Shown here: positions 1-10,888 of the stretch, in pieces
How positions within the stretch are numbered: position 1 is the stretch's first letter
Layout: each line of letters opens with the position of its first letter
Assembly: GCA_000004985.1 (NCBI GenBank)
Contig: GG738865.1
Reading direction: 5' to 3' (one strand)
DNA: 64,000 bases
DNA from: Naegleria gruberi
Taxonomy: Eukaryota
Translations under genes and position numbers: made by a program
Notes under the pieces: generated by a model
Seen by the model: only the letters and a program-made list of their open reading frames with translations
Databases searched by the model: none
Told to the model about the DNA's origin: nothing

Positions 1-1
1 T

Positions 2-999
2 AAACTTCCTTCTCAAATATCATCACGTCCAACAGAGTTTGATATCAAGGCTCCGATTGAATATGATAAAATTTCAATGCCACCTTGTTTGAAGGAGGAA
101 CAACATAAAGCCTTTTTAGAAATGGTTAGATTAACAAGGGAATATGAGGAAACAAATGGTTTGACACCTTATCAGAAATATTACATTTATTATGCTGATG
201 CTGATCATCATTGTTTAGTTAGATATTTACGTGCTAGAGATTTTGATGTGCATAAGGCTTTTAACTTGTTGAAACATTCATTGGAATGGATTGAATCATA
301 CAAGCCACACATGATTAATGCAACAAAAATCGACCATGAAGGGTCTACAGGAAAGATGTTTGTTCATGGACATGATAAATTCGGAAGACCTGTTGTCTAT
401 CTTGTTCCTGCAAGAGAGAATACCTATGATAATGTTGCTAATATTGAATTGTTGGTTTATACGTTGTGGACTGCTGTTGATAGAATGGATGATGGTCATA
501 CCCAAATGGTTTGTTTCATTTGTTTTTAACTCATTACCAAATTATTTAATTATGAATAATAATTCATTTGGAATAATGTTAATAGGTTTGGATTTGTGAT
601 TATTCGGGATATTCAATGAAGAATGCACCAAGTTTATCTGTCTGTAAACAAACAGTTGAAATTTTGAGTAGTCATTTCCCTGAAAGATTGGGAGTTGCCT
701 TAATTATGAATCCACCAAGAGTTTTCAGTTGGTTCTGGAAGCTCATTAGTCCATTTATTCCAGCTGCCACAAAGGAAAAGATTAAATTCTGTAACACTTC
801 TAATAAGGAAGAAATGATGAAATTTATGGAACCTTACTTTACACCTGATCTTGTTTTAAAAGATTTTGGCGGTGAAAATGAATTTGAATTTGCAAAGGTC
901 TGGAAACAAGATAAGGTTCTAGACAATACTCGTCTGAAAAAGATTAATGATTTTGGTTTGGCTGATGTTTCTTCACTTTTTGCCAATGTTGAACCATAA
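2..999 (+). CDS. Sec14/CRAL-TRIO lipid-transfer protein. The frame is open to the window edge, so the 5' end is partial. Two exons, approximately join(2..508,586..999), with a 77-nt intron.
   Basis: ORFs 77..529 and 616..999 carry the CRAL-TRIO N and C regions. Yeast Sec14 'DLKGISISSAYSV' corresponds to 'DYSGYSMKNAPSLSV' here. A YPERLG motif is present. Frame 2 is open upstream of 77 to position 2. A GT at 509 and an AG at 584-585 give a 77-nt AT-rich intron that joins the two frames in phase 0. Confidence 0.6.
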
Positions 1000-1092
1000 A
1001 CTCTGAATATGTTTTGTTTCATATTATTTATCCATCTATTATTACTATTATATTACTGCATCTGTTTTGGTCTAGAAATTAGGAGCGTTGAG

Positions 1093-1110
1093 ATTTTTTC
1101 CCGCCAATAA
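1093..1110. promoter_or_regulatory. E2F-like site, TTGGCGGGAAAA on the minus strand, about 90 nt upstream of the 1195 gene.
   Basis: The plus strand reads 'ttttttcccgccaataaaaa'. This is a rare GC-rich 10-mer in AT-rich intergenic DNA. Confidence 0.35.
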
Positions 1111-1194
1111 AAAAACAGTTTTATTATTCAAAAAAAAATCCTTAATGACCATCTTCCCTCATCATCCCATCACTTCCTCTGCACAACAATCATC

Positions 1195-4100
1195 ATGATG
1201 AAATCGATTAGTAACAATAAATCCAAAAGGGAACAGCAACAACGCTCAATGAGCAAATCTTTATCATCGAGTACAATATCCACCCTCCATCAACAACCAG
1301 AAAAAACAACACCCAAAAGAAGAAAATCACAAAATACAAGTCAAGCTCCTGTGCTTGTGGCAGCTTCTCTTGATGATTTTAGTCTTGCTTCTTCAACTCT
1401 TCAAAAAAATGTTCAAGACTCTATTCTAACCACAACTCCATCAACAGTACCAACACCTCTGGTTCAAGTTTCTTTATTTTCCATTCTGAATAAGAGTGGA
1501 TCTTCGGCGCCAAAATTGCCAACAATTTTCAATGATGATGAGGATGAGCAAGAGGTAGAGGAGAGTGAGAGCATAATTTCCTTCCGAAACAATGAAGAAA
1601 TTAGTCAACAACCATCCCGACCAGAATTATCAGCCGCTGAAAACACTTCCCTCTCCGAGCAACAATATTCCTCTCCTCAAATAATGTTCAAAGAATTGAC
1701 GAGGGAGAAATTATTCTCTCAAAAAACATCCCCCAAAAGACCTCTCGTAATTAAATCTTGTGCACATCCAAAGGATAGTACATTTTCCACAGTCAATTTA
1801 ATGTTGGAAAAGGTTTTAAAAATTATTGGAAACTCAAAGAAAGGAACCTTTCTCTTTTTAACAAGATCCAATATGGACTCTCGTATTATCAAGGATATCC
1901 TACTCCAACAAGTTCCTGACCAGATGAAGGATATTAAAGTCATGTCATTTCACACCTTCTCCAGTACCATCCTTAAAAAGGCAGGAAAACCATATGGAAA
2001 TTCTGGATTTAAGATCATTTCCAATGAGGATACTAGATTTTGTTTGAGTAAGGTATTGGAACATAATGATAAAACCAACTCTCTTAAGGAATTATCAATG
2101 GATGTGGAGGGTATTCAGAATTTTATTGAAGCTCTCAAACTGGAAATGAAAACTCCAGACATGCTCCTCCGCGAAATCATTTCACAACACCAAAGAGATT
2201 CAGTCAATGGAGAGAGAAGAAAGTTAATGTTGCTGCAAAATATTTACAGTGAATATGAAAATCTGAAAATGCAAAGTAAGAGTTTGGATTTTACAGATTT
2301 ATTATTGCAATGTCATACTCTCCTGACAAATCCATCATCTGAAACTCTCTCCAACATTGGGCTATCGAATAGATCTGATCTTTATATTCTAATTGATGAT
2401 TTTGAATTGTTAGATCTTCCTCAACATACTCTTTGTAAAGATATTATTTATTTGATGAGTCAAACTCAACAGACATCCATCAAGAGTGTATTGCTAGGAA
2501 CTCAAAAATTGGATTGTGATAATTTGGCTAATTTAAAGCAAACTTTTATGGATCCATTTAGTTTTGATATTTTCAATTTTGATTCTATTGAAGATCAAAT
2601 GAAAGAGACAAAGATCGCAGCCCATCATATACCAATTGAATCAACAAATATATTTGATGATCTCAAATCAGGAGAGTTAGTTTGGAGGTACATTTCTATT
2701 GAAGGGAAAATATTGGATGAAAAAACTTTGCATACAGTCGTTTCAAGATTTGCCGTTAAGGGATTTGAAAAGAATGAAAATGAAACCATCAGTGACATTC
2801 CAACAGAGACAATTCAAATAAGTCCAGAGACTAGTGAGCTTATCTTCCAAAGTGACTCCCTTTCTACCCCAATAGGTGCTGCTGACTATCTGACTGCTCC
2901 ACAAAAAGTATGCAATATTTATTTGGAGTTTTCCTCGAAGAAGGAACAAATGGAATGGTTGGCATCTATTGAAAGAGGAATCATGCTTCAACAAAAGCCA
3001 CTCAAGATGCCACCTTGTTTCAAGGACAAGTGTCAAAAGTTAGATGTAACCAAAGATCAAAAAACAACATTCCAACCCAAGATTAGAATCAATAGGGAAA
3101 AGATTAGAGATATGGTCTATTACAGGCACTCAATATCTGAACAATTCCTCATGAAACTAGAACATGTCATCAACATAATCGAGCAACATATTAACAAGAG
3201 TGCCAAAGCAGCAATTGGAGACGATGTTCCTCTCAAGAATTTAGTAATGAGTAGAATATTCAAGCAACTTGGACAAGAAACACCTGACCAGATAATTATT
3301 GTGGATTTGAAATTGGAGGATTTTTGTCAAGAATGGGAAAAGGATTGGAAGAATTCTTTATTATGGGGTGAAAAGGTAACAGAGCCTTCAACCTCTGAAA
3401 AACTCATGAAATCCATTGCCGAGACTTTATCAAAACTTGGTCAAGAATGTGAAGAAACAACAACACCGATAGTATTGGAAGAAAGTCTTGAAGAGAAAAT
3501 CGAACAAACATCTATGATTGAGGAGCAACCAAAAGAAGAATTTAACAACATGGAAGAGGAGGAAGACCAGATTATCAGTGATATTGTCTCACCAAATTTT
3601 AAAACTCCAAACAATGTCTCCTCTCTTGATGCTCTCATTTCTTCTGCCAACACTGAAAATCCAATGACCATTGAGCAATTGGCTTCGTCAGTTATTGATG
3701 AGGAAATTTATGTTTCTCCTGACAGACAACCATCAAGGGATAGTACTCCACCAAAATCCACTGAAAAAACTCCAAATCAAACAACTATTACTCTTGAACC
3801 AATAAGTACAAACTACTCGAATTATGATGCTAGATCCATTCTGGATCATTTCAGAAAGACACTTTCCACCCAAAAAATCGAACCAACAAAAACACTAGTC
3901 CCCCAAGACAATAAGAAACAACTTATAGAAATTGATTACGAGATGAATAGACTCCTGAATGCCACTCAAGAACACGTCATGCTCGACGACTCTGCCTATG
4001 CCTTTGATTCATCGAAACCACAACTCGACATTACATTCAATAATCAATCGGCATTGAACATGACTGATATTTCTCAAAAACCACTCTTTACACCAACCAA

Positions 4101-4764
4101 GCCATCCTCAAACTTGGCCAAACTTAGAGAGCTAACCTCTCCAAACTCTCCAAGCACTGTATTTTCTAGTATTGTTTCCAAATCTCTTTCCAAAAAGTTA
4201 ACTTCTCCACCTCCTAAAACAAGTCCTTCAATAACCCCTTCGAGAGCTGAACGAAGAAATGCCAAACTTGTTCAAGTCAAATCTGGTTCACCAAGTAAGA
4301 TTATTCAAGTAATTAAAACTCTCAAAACTGGTGTGACCATATATAAACACTCATCGAGTGGAACCTCTAAGAAGAAACTTGTCCACCTATTCCTCTCTGC
4401 AGACGAGAACTTTGTTTGCTATGTGAAACCAGAGTCGAGAAATATTGTCCCTCTCTATGAAATTAAATCCAAATTCCCAGTATCTTCGATCAGATATCTC
4501 CAAAAGGGAGAACTTGTTAAGAAGAGAAGACTATTGGAAATTAAGGGTGGTATTGCAAGTACCTTATTAGGTATCAAGAAGGAGGAAATGAAAGTCGATT
4601 CAACTGTTCTCTTTTCCTTCTGTCTCCCAGAGAGGTATTTAGATTTTGAAGCCAAATCAATAATTGAGTGTCAAACATGGTTTGACATGTGGGAATACTT
4701 TGTAGCAGCTATAGCTAAAAATCAAGCCGAAAAGCAGGTTGAAGAACCAAGTGTTTCTCAATAA
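1195..4764 (+). CDS. Large (1189 aa) low-complexity protein with two PH-like domains, one central and one C-terminal. The N-terminal region has weak UvrD/Rep-like helicase motif similarity without an intact Walker A.
   Basis: The ATG at 1195 was verified. PH-like segments are 'GELVWRYISIEGK...EQMEWLASIERGI' and 'VTIYKHSSSG...CQTWFDMWEYFVAA'. The N-terminal 'GTFLFLTRSNMDSRI', 'VMSFHTFSSTILKK' and 'YILIDDFELLD' resemble UvrD motifs Ia, Ib and II. Where GxGKT would be expected the sequence reads 'SCAHPKDSTFS'. S/T/P-rich tracts are present. Confidence 0.5.
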   Translation: MMKSISNNKSKREQQQRSMSKSLSSSTISTLHQQPEKTTPKRRKSQNTSQAPVLVAASLDDFSLASSTLQKNVQDSILTTTPSTVPTPLVQVSLFSILNKSGSSAPKLPTIFNDDEDEQEVEESESIISFRNNEEISQQPSRPELSAAENTSLSEQQYSSPQIMFKELTREKLFSQKTSPKRPLVIKSCAHPKDSTFSTVNLMLEKVLKIIGNSKKGTFLFLTRSNMDSRIIKDILLQQVPDQMKDIKVMSFHTFSSTILKKAGKPYGNSGFKIISNEDTRFCLSKVLEHNDKTNSLKELSMDVEGIQNFIEALKLEMKTPDMLLREIISQHQRDSVNGERRKLMLLQNIYSEYENLKMQSKSLDFTDLLLQCHTLLTNPSSETLSNIGLSNRSDLYILIDDFELLDLPQHTLCKDIIYLMSQTQQTSIKSVLLGTQKLDCDNLANLKQTFMDPFSFDIFNFDSIEDQMKETKIAAHHIPIESTNIFDDLKSGELVWRYISIEGKILDEKTLHTVVSRFAVKGFEKNENETISDIPTETIQISPETSELIFQSDSLSTPIGAADYLTAPQKVCNIYLEFSSKKEQMEWLASIERGIMLQQKPLKMPPCFKDKCQKLDVTKDQKTTFQPKIRINREKIRDMVYYRHSISEQFLMKLEHVINIIEQHINKSAKAAIGDDVPLKNLVMSRIFKQLGQETPDQIIIVDLKLEDFCQEWEKDWKNSLLWGEKVTEPSTSEKLMKSIAETLSKLGQECEETTTPIVLEESLEEKIEQTSMIEEQPKEEFNNMEEEEDQIISDIVSPNFKTPNNVSSLDALISSANTENPMTIEQLASSVIDEEIYVSPDRQPSRDSTPPKSTEKTPNQTTITLEPISTNYSNYDARSILDHFRKTLSTQKIEPTKTLVPQDNKKQLIEIDYEMNRLLNATQEHVMLDDSAYAFDSSKPQLDITFNNQSALNMTDISQKPLFTPTKPSSNLAKLRELTSPNSPSTVFSSIVSKSLSKKLTSPPPKTSPSITPSRAERRNAKLVQVKSGSPSKIIQVIKTLKTGVTIYKHSSSGTSKKKLVHLFLSADENFVCYVKPESRNIVPLYEIKSKFPVSSIRYLQKGELVKKRRLLEIKGGIASTLLGIKKEEMKVDSTVLFSFCLPERYLDFEAKSIIECQTWFDMWEYFVAAIAKNQAEKQVEEPSVSQ

Positions 4765-4932
4765 ACATATTTTTCTTTCAAATTTCAATACCCTCAATCC
4801 AAAACTATTAATTTAAACCTATTTCACATCATTGAGTTTTTGAAATGGAAATTCATAAAGGAGTCCAAACAATGTTAAGGATATCAAGGAAAAAATCTCT
4901 CAAATATTTTAAAAAAATATTATCCAAACATC

Positions 4933-5727
4933 ATGTACAACCAAAGTGAAACGGCAATCTTTAACAACGAAGAGCAGCCACCTCAAGTAGAAGATGCCTA
5001 TGCCGGATATGATGATGTTGCCACAGGAACAACAGAAGCACCTGGATTGTCTGCCGAAATTGTCTATCATCCTTACTTTCAATTGGCAACATTTTGCTTA
5101 ATAATGGGAGTTATTGGTGTTGTTGCTGTTCCAATCTCTGGTTGGTTTATTGGTGATGGATTATATCGTTCCTATAGCGGACCATCACATTTATTAGATG
5201 TTGTTGTTTGCTTATTGGTTGGATTATTCTTAATGGCCCTTACTTTGATGATTGTTGGATTTATTTTGGCTGTTTTGGCTACCCAATGGAATTACATTCA
5301 TGAAGGTACATCAAAGGAACAGTATGGAGCAGGTGAAGGAATGACATCAACCCCAGTATACGATCAAAAGACTATTGTTCAAAAGAGGAGAACATTTATC
5401 ATTTCAGTAATCTTTACCGTTCCATACTCTATTATTGGTTTTTATTATTGTATTGCTGGATTAGTTGCTGTTATTTCCACAGCCTCATCAAATTTCCCAA
5501 CATTTACTAACTTTGTCGATTACACTGGATTTGGTTTGGGATTTTTAATGCTCTATTTTGGTTGTGCTTTGATTTCGCTTACAGTCATGATCTCAGTAGG
5601 TCTTTTCAGAAGTTGGAAACAAGCTGAAACCTCTGATCCAGGTTGTTCACATCCTATTCTTCAAAAGATTGGAGACTTTTTGAAGAGATATGTTTGCTGT
5701 GTTAATGGTCAAGTTGCCGAAGCTTAA
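4933..5727 (+). CDS. Multi-pass membrane protein of 264 aa with four or more predicted TM helices. Function unknown.
   Basis: The ATG at 4933 was verified. There are several 20-25 aa hydrophobic stretches (LIMGVIGVVAVPISGWFI, VVCLLVGLFLMALTLMIVGFILAVLA, FIISVIFTVPYSIIGFYYCIAGLVAVI, LGFLMLYFGCALISLTVMISVGL). It is convergent with the next gene, with only about 20 nt between their stops. Confidence 0.45.
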   Translation: MYNQSETAIFNNEEQPPQVEDAYAGYDDVATGTTEAPGLSAEIVYHPYFQLATFCLIMGVIGVVAVPISGWFIGDGLYRSYSGPSHLLDVVVCLLVGLFLMALTLMIVGFILAVLATQWNYIHEGTSKEQYGAGEGMTSTPVYDQKTIVQKRRTFIISVIFTVPYSIIGFYYCIAGLVAVISTASSNFPTFTNFVDYTGFGLGFLMLYFGCALISLTVMISVGLFRSWKQAETSDPGCSHPILQKIGDFLKRYVCCVNGQVAEA

Positions 5728-5747
5728 ATAAACTAAATATTTCACTC

Positions 5748-8700
5748 TTACTTTTTTTTATTGGAAATTGAGTTGGTGGTTGGTAAGAGTGATGTAGGTG
5801 GCTGAACCTTATCTCCTAGATTTCGTTTCTTTTCAGCTTTAATCAGTCTTTGATTTTCTGCTGTTAAGGTTTCTAAATTGTCTTTCAGTTGTTGTAGCTC
5901 GGACTTGGTTTGTTCTTGCAATCGTAATAGATTGGATTTTTCGTATTCTAGTTGTTTGAGGTGATTGTTAAGAAGGGTATTGTTTTCCTCAAGCTTTCGT
6001 CCATATTCTTCGACTTGCATGAGTTGGGTCTTTTGTTTTTCAAAGTCCACTTCAATCTTACGATATTTAGAAATATCCAATTGAGTTTTTCTAAGCTCCT
6101 TTTCATATTTTGATATGGTTTCCTCCTTACTCTTGTTAACTTGCATGATTTGTTGGGCAAGCTCAACGTTCTTTTGTTTGAGTCTCAAAATTTCAGATCT
6201 TAATTGTTTCCACAAGTCAACCGTGGTATTTGGTGAGAGTGGAGTGGTTTGAATAATTGCTGAGAATTTACCATTTCTGTGAGTTGGAGTTTTAGAAGCC
6301 ATCTCAGGAGATCCTTCAACACTTGAAGGAGGACCTCCACCCTTGGTCAATTGTTCTAAAAGTCTTTCCACTTCTTGTTGCATCTTTTCATTAGATTGTC
6401 TATTTTCATCGAATTGGCGTTTCAGGTCATAGTTTTCCCTTCTCAGATCGTTCAATTCTCTGCTCTCGACAGCAGAGTTTTGAGATTTTGTCATCAAACT
6501 CTTCTCAAGTGCTTCCTTCTCCTTATTTAACCTTTCGATATTAAGAGCATTATTGGAAAGACTTTCTTGGAGAGAGTTGAGCACTTGGTTAGCATTTTGC
6601 ATTTCTCTATCGTGTTCCAATTGCTGTTTTGCTAAAAGACTTTGCAAGTTTGAAATCAAGTCGTTCTTTTCTTGTAATTCATTGAATGATGAGGAAATTT
6701 GTTCTTGGAAGTGAGTGATTTCCGTCTCGGCTCTCTCCTTGTAAATATTGTAAGTTTCCATGAATCTGTCCAATTCCTCCTTTGATTTTTGAATTTCCCT
6801 TTCCTTTTCAGAAATAGTGTTTTCCTTCTTTTCTATATTCTTCTCTAGTTGATCAATTTGGTTTAAGAGTTCTTGATTATCTCCTTGAGATTTGAGGTCT
6901 TCCCTAATTGTATCAATTGTAAGCTTATAATCCTCAACTTGAATTTTTAGAACTAGTATTTCATTATTGAGTGACTCTACTTCTTGATTTGACTCATCAA
7001 GAAGTGCCTTATATCTTTCACAGCCATCCAGTGATCTTTCCAACTTTGAATTTATCTCGTCATCCCCAGAGCTTAATTGATTTTGAAGGTCATTATTTTT
7101 TCTTTGTATTTGCTCCAAATCTTTCTCAATGGCTTTCAATTGTTCCTTTAATTTTTCATTTTCTTCATCTAGTTGTTCCAATCGAGAAGAATACTCATCA
7201 ATGGTGGAATCCTTAATGTCCAACAATGATTTCACCTCTGTATTTTCCTTCTCCAAATCTGCCATGATGGATTCCTTATTTTTGATTTCGTGAGAGTAAT
7301 TTTCTAGTAATTCCTCAAGTCTACTTCTTTCCTCATCAAATTCTTGCTTCTCAAGTTCCTTTCTTTCCTCAATTTGTTTTAGCTCTTCTTCCATTTCATT
7401 TAGACTATTCTCTAGATCTAAATTTCTTTCTTCCAACCTTTTGATTTGTTCATTTTCGGAATCGCTCTTTCCATTTAATGTATCTTTCAAAATATCAATA
7501 TCTCTTCCTAATTGCGTAATCTCCTTGCATTTAATATTGAACTGTTTCTCCTTATCTTGTAGTTTTTCTTCCACACCATTCAACTGCTTTTGTTGCTGCA
7601 CGAGTTCAGCTCGCAAAGAATAAATCTCATCATCCTTATCCTTAACTTCATCGAGAAGAGATTCTATTTGAGCATTTTGTCCTTCCAGCTGTTCGAAAGT
7701 TGACTCTGCTGCTTCTTGCTTGGTTGAAAGGAGGTCTTCCACATTCTGCTGGGATTCTGTCAATTTTCCTTCTAAATCTTCAACAATTTCTTCCTTTTCT
7801 TCAAGCATTTTCTTCAATGCCTCCAATTCTGAATTCATCAATTTCACTTGTTGAGAGGTATTTGCAATCACATTCTTGTTATTGTTATCCTCATCGATTC
7901 TCTCTTGCAGTGTTTCCAGCAATTCCTCATACTTTTTTCGTTCAGCTTCCAAATCATCCTCTAGATTTTGTTTATGAATTGGAATTTCTTCCAAATCTTT
8001 AGTCAGTTTGGTGGATGATTCGTTTGCCTTGTTCACTTCTGCTGTCATTAGTTCAACAACAGTCCTAGCCTCGTTCAATTCCTTCTCTAAATCTGTTATT
8101 TTGTTTGTTGTTGCCTCTTGGTTCTTTGTATCTTGATTTTGAAGGGTTTCAATTTCATTCTCTAGAATCTTTCTTTCCCTTTCAAAGTCGTCGCTCTGAG
8201 TTTGCATTTCATTCTTGATTCTTTCCAGCTCCTTCTCCAACAGTTCGAGCACTTTCTTATTGGCATCAATTCCATAGGAAATGTTCTGAGAAATGAAATC
8301 CCTCTCCTCCACTAAAGTTTGATTTTCAGTTATGAGCTTTTCCACAGCTTCCTCTTTTTCGGCAAGCTTGTCAAGCAATTGCTGTATCTGCCCATCTCTC
8401 TCTTTTAACAATTCTTCGTCGACAAGTGGTTTCTCCTCTTCGAATATTGAGCATTGAACAGGTGTTTCTGCAATTGTTTTTTGTTCTGTTTCTGTGTTGG
8501 TGCTATTTTCAGAAGTATTTGAAACAGGGATATAGGTTTGGGTTGGAGCTTCATTGGTGCTGGTTTGTACTTGTGTGCTCGCTTCTTTGACCTCCAAGTC
8601 TGTATTTGTACTCTCATCATTGGTAAGATTTAAAAGGTTATGATCTGCTTGCACGGATTCTTCTTTAGATTGTGGAACATCCTCTTCTTTAGAATCTGCC

Positions 8701-9905
8701 ACTGGATGACTTGAAGAAAAACTTGAATTTAATGGAGGTATAGGAGGTACACAATACACCAACTCAACAATTTTATCGTTCAAGCCATTGATTTTTTCCT
8801 CAAACGATATCTTTTCATTTTCAAATTGTTGTTTTTCCTCCTCCAGATTTGTGATTGTTTCTTCTTTTGATTTCAACTCATTTTCCAATTCCCTAAGTTT
8901 CTCTTTGTTTTCCTCCTCTATAATTGATAATTTTTCCTCCTTTGATTTTAATTCGCTCTCCATTTCCTTAAGCTTTTCCTTCAACTGAGAACATTTTTCG
9001 ACAATGTTGCAAATCTGCTCCTCTTCCTTTTCCTCTTCCTCACTAATATGTACATTTTCATCGAACATAAAATCTTTTGAAGGTAATTCCTGTAGAGATT
9101 CATTAGTGTATGATTCCCCATGGTTGGATGGAGATGTGAGTTTGTTTGGTGTAATGTTAGAAGTGAAATTCAAGAGTTTTGTCAACTCTTCTTCATCTGA
9201 AAAATCTCCATCATTAATATTTGGGATATCGATATGAATAGGAGTTTGTGAAATAGAGGAAGAACCTAGAATGAAATCCAATGGTTTTGACCTCCTTTCA
9301 GAATGATAGAAAAATGGACTGTTTGAGTTTGTTACTCGATTATTTGATGGTTCTGTTGTTGGTGATACATTTCTCCTGATTACTATTTTAGTTGAGCCAT
9401 GAAGATTGGTAGGAGTTTTGTTAGACTTGTTCAATTCACTCTCCAAGGTCACATTTCCATTAGAGTCTGTTGGGAGGGAAATATAAGGATGCAGATATCC
9501 ACAACCACAACGAGCATGAGAAACTTTGGTTCCTCTTGGAAAGAATCTTTTGAAAATGTTTTTAACCTCAGTTTCCTGTAATTCATCTAGGGAAATAGAT
9601 CCATCCTTTTGATTCATTTGTGATGATGATTGTTGATGATGGTTTGGTTCCTTCTTCGATTGAATGATGGTAGAAAATGTATTTTCATTATTCCGAGATA
9701 ATACAATTGGTTTAGATTTGGATTTGTTGCATAGAGAGTGTTTGATATTCTCTGTTGTTATATTATGTAAATGTAAATGTTTTGATGAGGGTGCAAATGT
9801 TCTATTACTATTTAATGAACCAATATTAAGTGGAGGTATTCTCACTTCATGCTCCGTTGATATTTTGTGTTTTTTCAATTCCAAATATTCCTCAGATGAA
9901 GCCAT
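5748..9905 (-). CDS. Very large (1385 aa) coiled-coil protein, golgin/myosin-tail-like, with E/K/L/Q-rich heptad sequence. The N-terminal region is Cys/His-containing.
   Basis: The ATG at 9903-9905 (minus strand) was verified. About 1000 aa are of continuous coiled-coil character (ELKSKEE..., LEKELNEAR...). No motor or enzymatic domain was recognised. Confidence 0.6.
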   Translation of the reverse strand: MASSEEYLELKKHKISTEHEVRIPPLNIGSLNSNRTFAPSSKHLHLHNITTENIKHSLCNKSKSKPIVLSRNNENTFSTIIQSKKEPNHHQQSSSQMNQKDGSISLDELQETEVKNIFKRFFPRGTKVSHARCGCGYLHPYISLPTDSNGNVTLESELNKSNKTPTNLHGSTKIVIRRNVSPTTEPSNNRVTNSNSPFFYHSERRSKPLDFILGSSSISQTPIHIDIPNINDGDFSDEEELTKLLNFTSNITPNKLTSPSNHGESYTNESLQELPSKDFMFDENVHISEEEEKEEEQICNIVEKCSQLKEKLKEMESELKSKEEKLSIIEEENKEKLRELENELKSKEETITNLEEEKQQFENEKISFEEKINGLNDKIVELVYCVPPIPPLNSSFSSSHPVADSKEEDVPQSKEESVQADHNLLNLTNDESTNTDLEVKEASTQVQTSTNEAPTQTYIPVSNTSENSTNTETEQKTIAETPVQCSIFEEEKPLVDEELLKERDGQIQQLLDKLAEKEEAVEKLITENQTLVEERDFISQNISYGIDANKKVLELLEKELERIKNEMQTQSDDFERERKILENEIETLQNQDTKNQEATTNKITDLEKELNEARTVVELMTAEVNKANESSTKLTKDLEEIPIHKQNLEDDLEAERKKYEELLETLQERIDEDNNNKNVIANTSQQVKLMNSELEALKKMLEEKEEIVEDLEGKLTESQQNVEDLLSTKQEAAESTFEQLEGQNAQIESLLDEVKDKDDEIYSLRAELVQQQKQLNGVEEKLQDKEKQFNIKCKEITQLGRDIDILKDTLNGKSDSENEQIKRLEERNLDLENSLNEMEEELKQIEERKELEKQEFDEERSRLEELLENYSHEIKNKESIMADLEKENTEVKSLLDIKDSTIDEYSSRLEQLDEENEKLKEQLKAIEKDLEQIQRKNNDLQNQLSSGDDEINSKLERSLDGCERYKALLDESNQEVESLNNEILVLKIQVEDYKLTIDTIREDLKSQGDNQELLNQIDQLEKNIEKKENTISEKEREIQKSKEELDRFMETYNIYKERAETEITHFQEQISSSFNELQEKNDLISNLQSLLAKQQLEHDREMQNANQVLNSLQESLSNNALNIERLNKEKEALEKSLMTKSQNSAVESRELNDLRRENYDLKRQFDENRQSNEKMQQEVERLLEQLTKGGGPPSSVEGSPEMASKTPTHRNGKFSAIIQTTPLSPNTTVDLWKQLRSEILRLKQKNVELAQQIMQVNKSKEETISKYEKELRKTQLDISKYRKIEVDFEKQKTQLMQVEEYGRKLEENNTLLNNHLKQLEYEKSNLLRLQEQTKSELQQLKDNLETLTAENQRLIKAEKKRNLGDKVQPPTSLLPTTNSISNKKK

Positions 9906-10348
9906 CTCTTTTGATGATTTTAATTGCTTAGGTTTACGATTTGCCGCTTTTTTTTTTAAATTTAAAACAAAACCTCAGTTAACATCAAGATTATGCTTTC
10001 AACAGGACATTGGACAAGCTTAATAAATAGAAATCCAGCACTACAATATTTTAGCGATAAAACGACTTTTCACCTCACAGCCATTCAATACCAGCAGGTC
10101 AATATTTAATTAATTAAGGGAAAATTGGATAGGGAAGAAAGTATTAAGAATCAATGGTATTCCTCAGATTTATTTAGTCGAATGAAAAGTGACATCTCCA
10201 CTTGCATTTACGTGTGTAAGTCTGCATAGCAATTCCTCATAATTTTGGAACTATTTTTTTCACGCTATTATTTATTATTTAAATATTTACAAAGATTACA
10301 ATGTTAATCTCACAACAATTAAAAGGAAATTAAATTTCATTCATATTT

Positions 10349-10744
10349 TTACCACTTCTTTTCATGGTATTCCTCTCTTGAAATTGTAGAGTGAGTGGAT
10401 GGCACACTAGATTGATTTAACATGGCATCCTTTGTTGGAACTGTAGTTGTGGTTCTAGTACTTGAGAGAGGATTTGTTGTGACTGGAGGTACTCCAACAT
10501 CTTTAGCTCCAAGCTCTTGAGCCAAGTGTGGATCGGTTTCTGCTAGCTTCTTTTGTTCTCTGGTTTGATAGGTAATGTTGGTGTCAGTATCGTGGGTGAA
10601 TGGATGTTTAATCTTTTCAGCAATGTTATGTAAGGTTCCTCCTCCTGTGGTACTTGTCTTTTGTGGTTGCATTTTGTTGTATTGTTTTTGATTGAGTAAA
10701 TATGAGTTCGTTTCTCTTTTCAGATTTGAAGGTTTTGCTAGCAT
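10349..10744 (-). CDS. Small hypothetical protein of about 132 aa from its first ATG.
   Basis: ORF 10349..10759 begins at a TTG, and the first ATG is near 10744. No recognisable domain; T/S-rich. Confidence 0.25.
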   Translation of the reverse strand: MLAKPSNLKRETNSYLLNQKQYNKMQPQKTSTTGGGTLHNIAEKIKHPFTHDTDTNITYQTREQKKLAETDPHLAQELGAKDVGVPPVTTNPLSSTRTTTTVPTKDAMLNQSSVPSTHSTISREEYHEKKW

Positions 10745-10888
10745 TACTTTTTTGACCAATTGACTGATTTAGTAATTATGAAAATAGAAAATATATAATT
10801 ATATCTTTTTTGGACAACCCTATAATGCAAGTTCAATTACAATCAAATTGGATATATATGAATAAACAACCCAAAAAACTCCCAACAT

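Noticed and set aside
296-599. ORFs 296..505 (-) and 318..599 (+)
   Set aside because: They are alternative frames over the Sec14 exon and intron. The + frame at 77 has the recognisable CRAL-TRIO sequence.
6971-9581. Several plus-strand ORFs of 60-100 aa (6971, 7441, 7700, 8788, 9004, 9399)
   Set aside because: They lie antisense inside the 1385-aa coiled-coil gene. Their S/F/L-rich translations are the expected reverse-frame artefact of an E/K/L-rich coding sequence.
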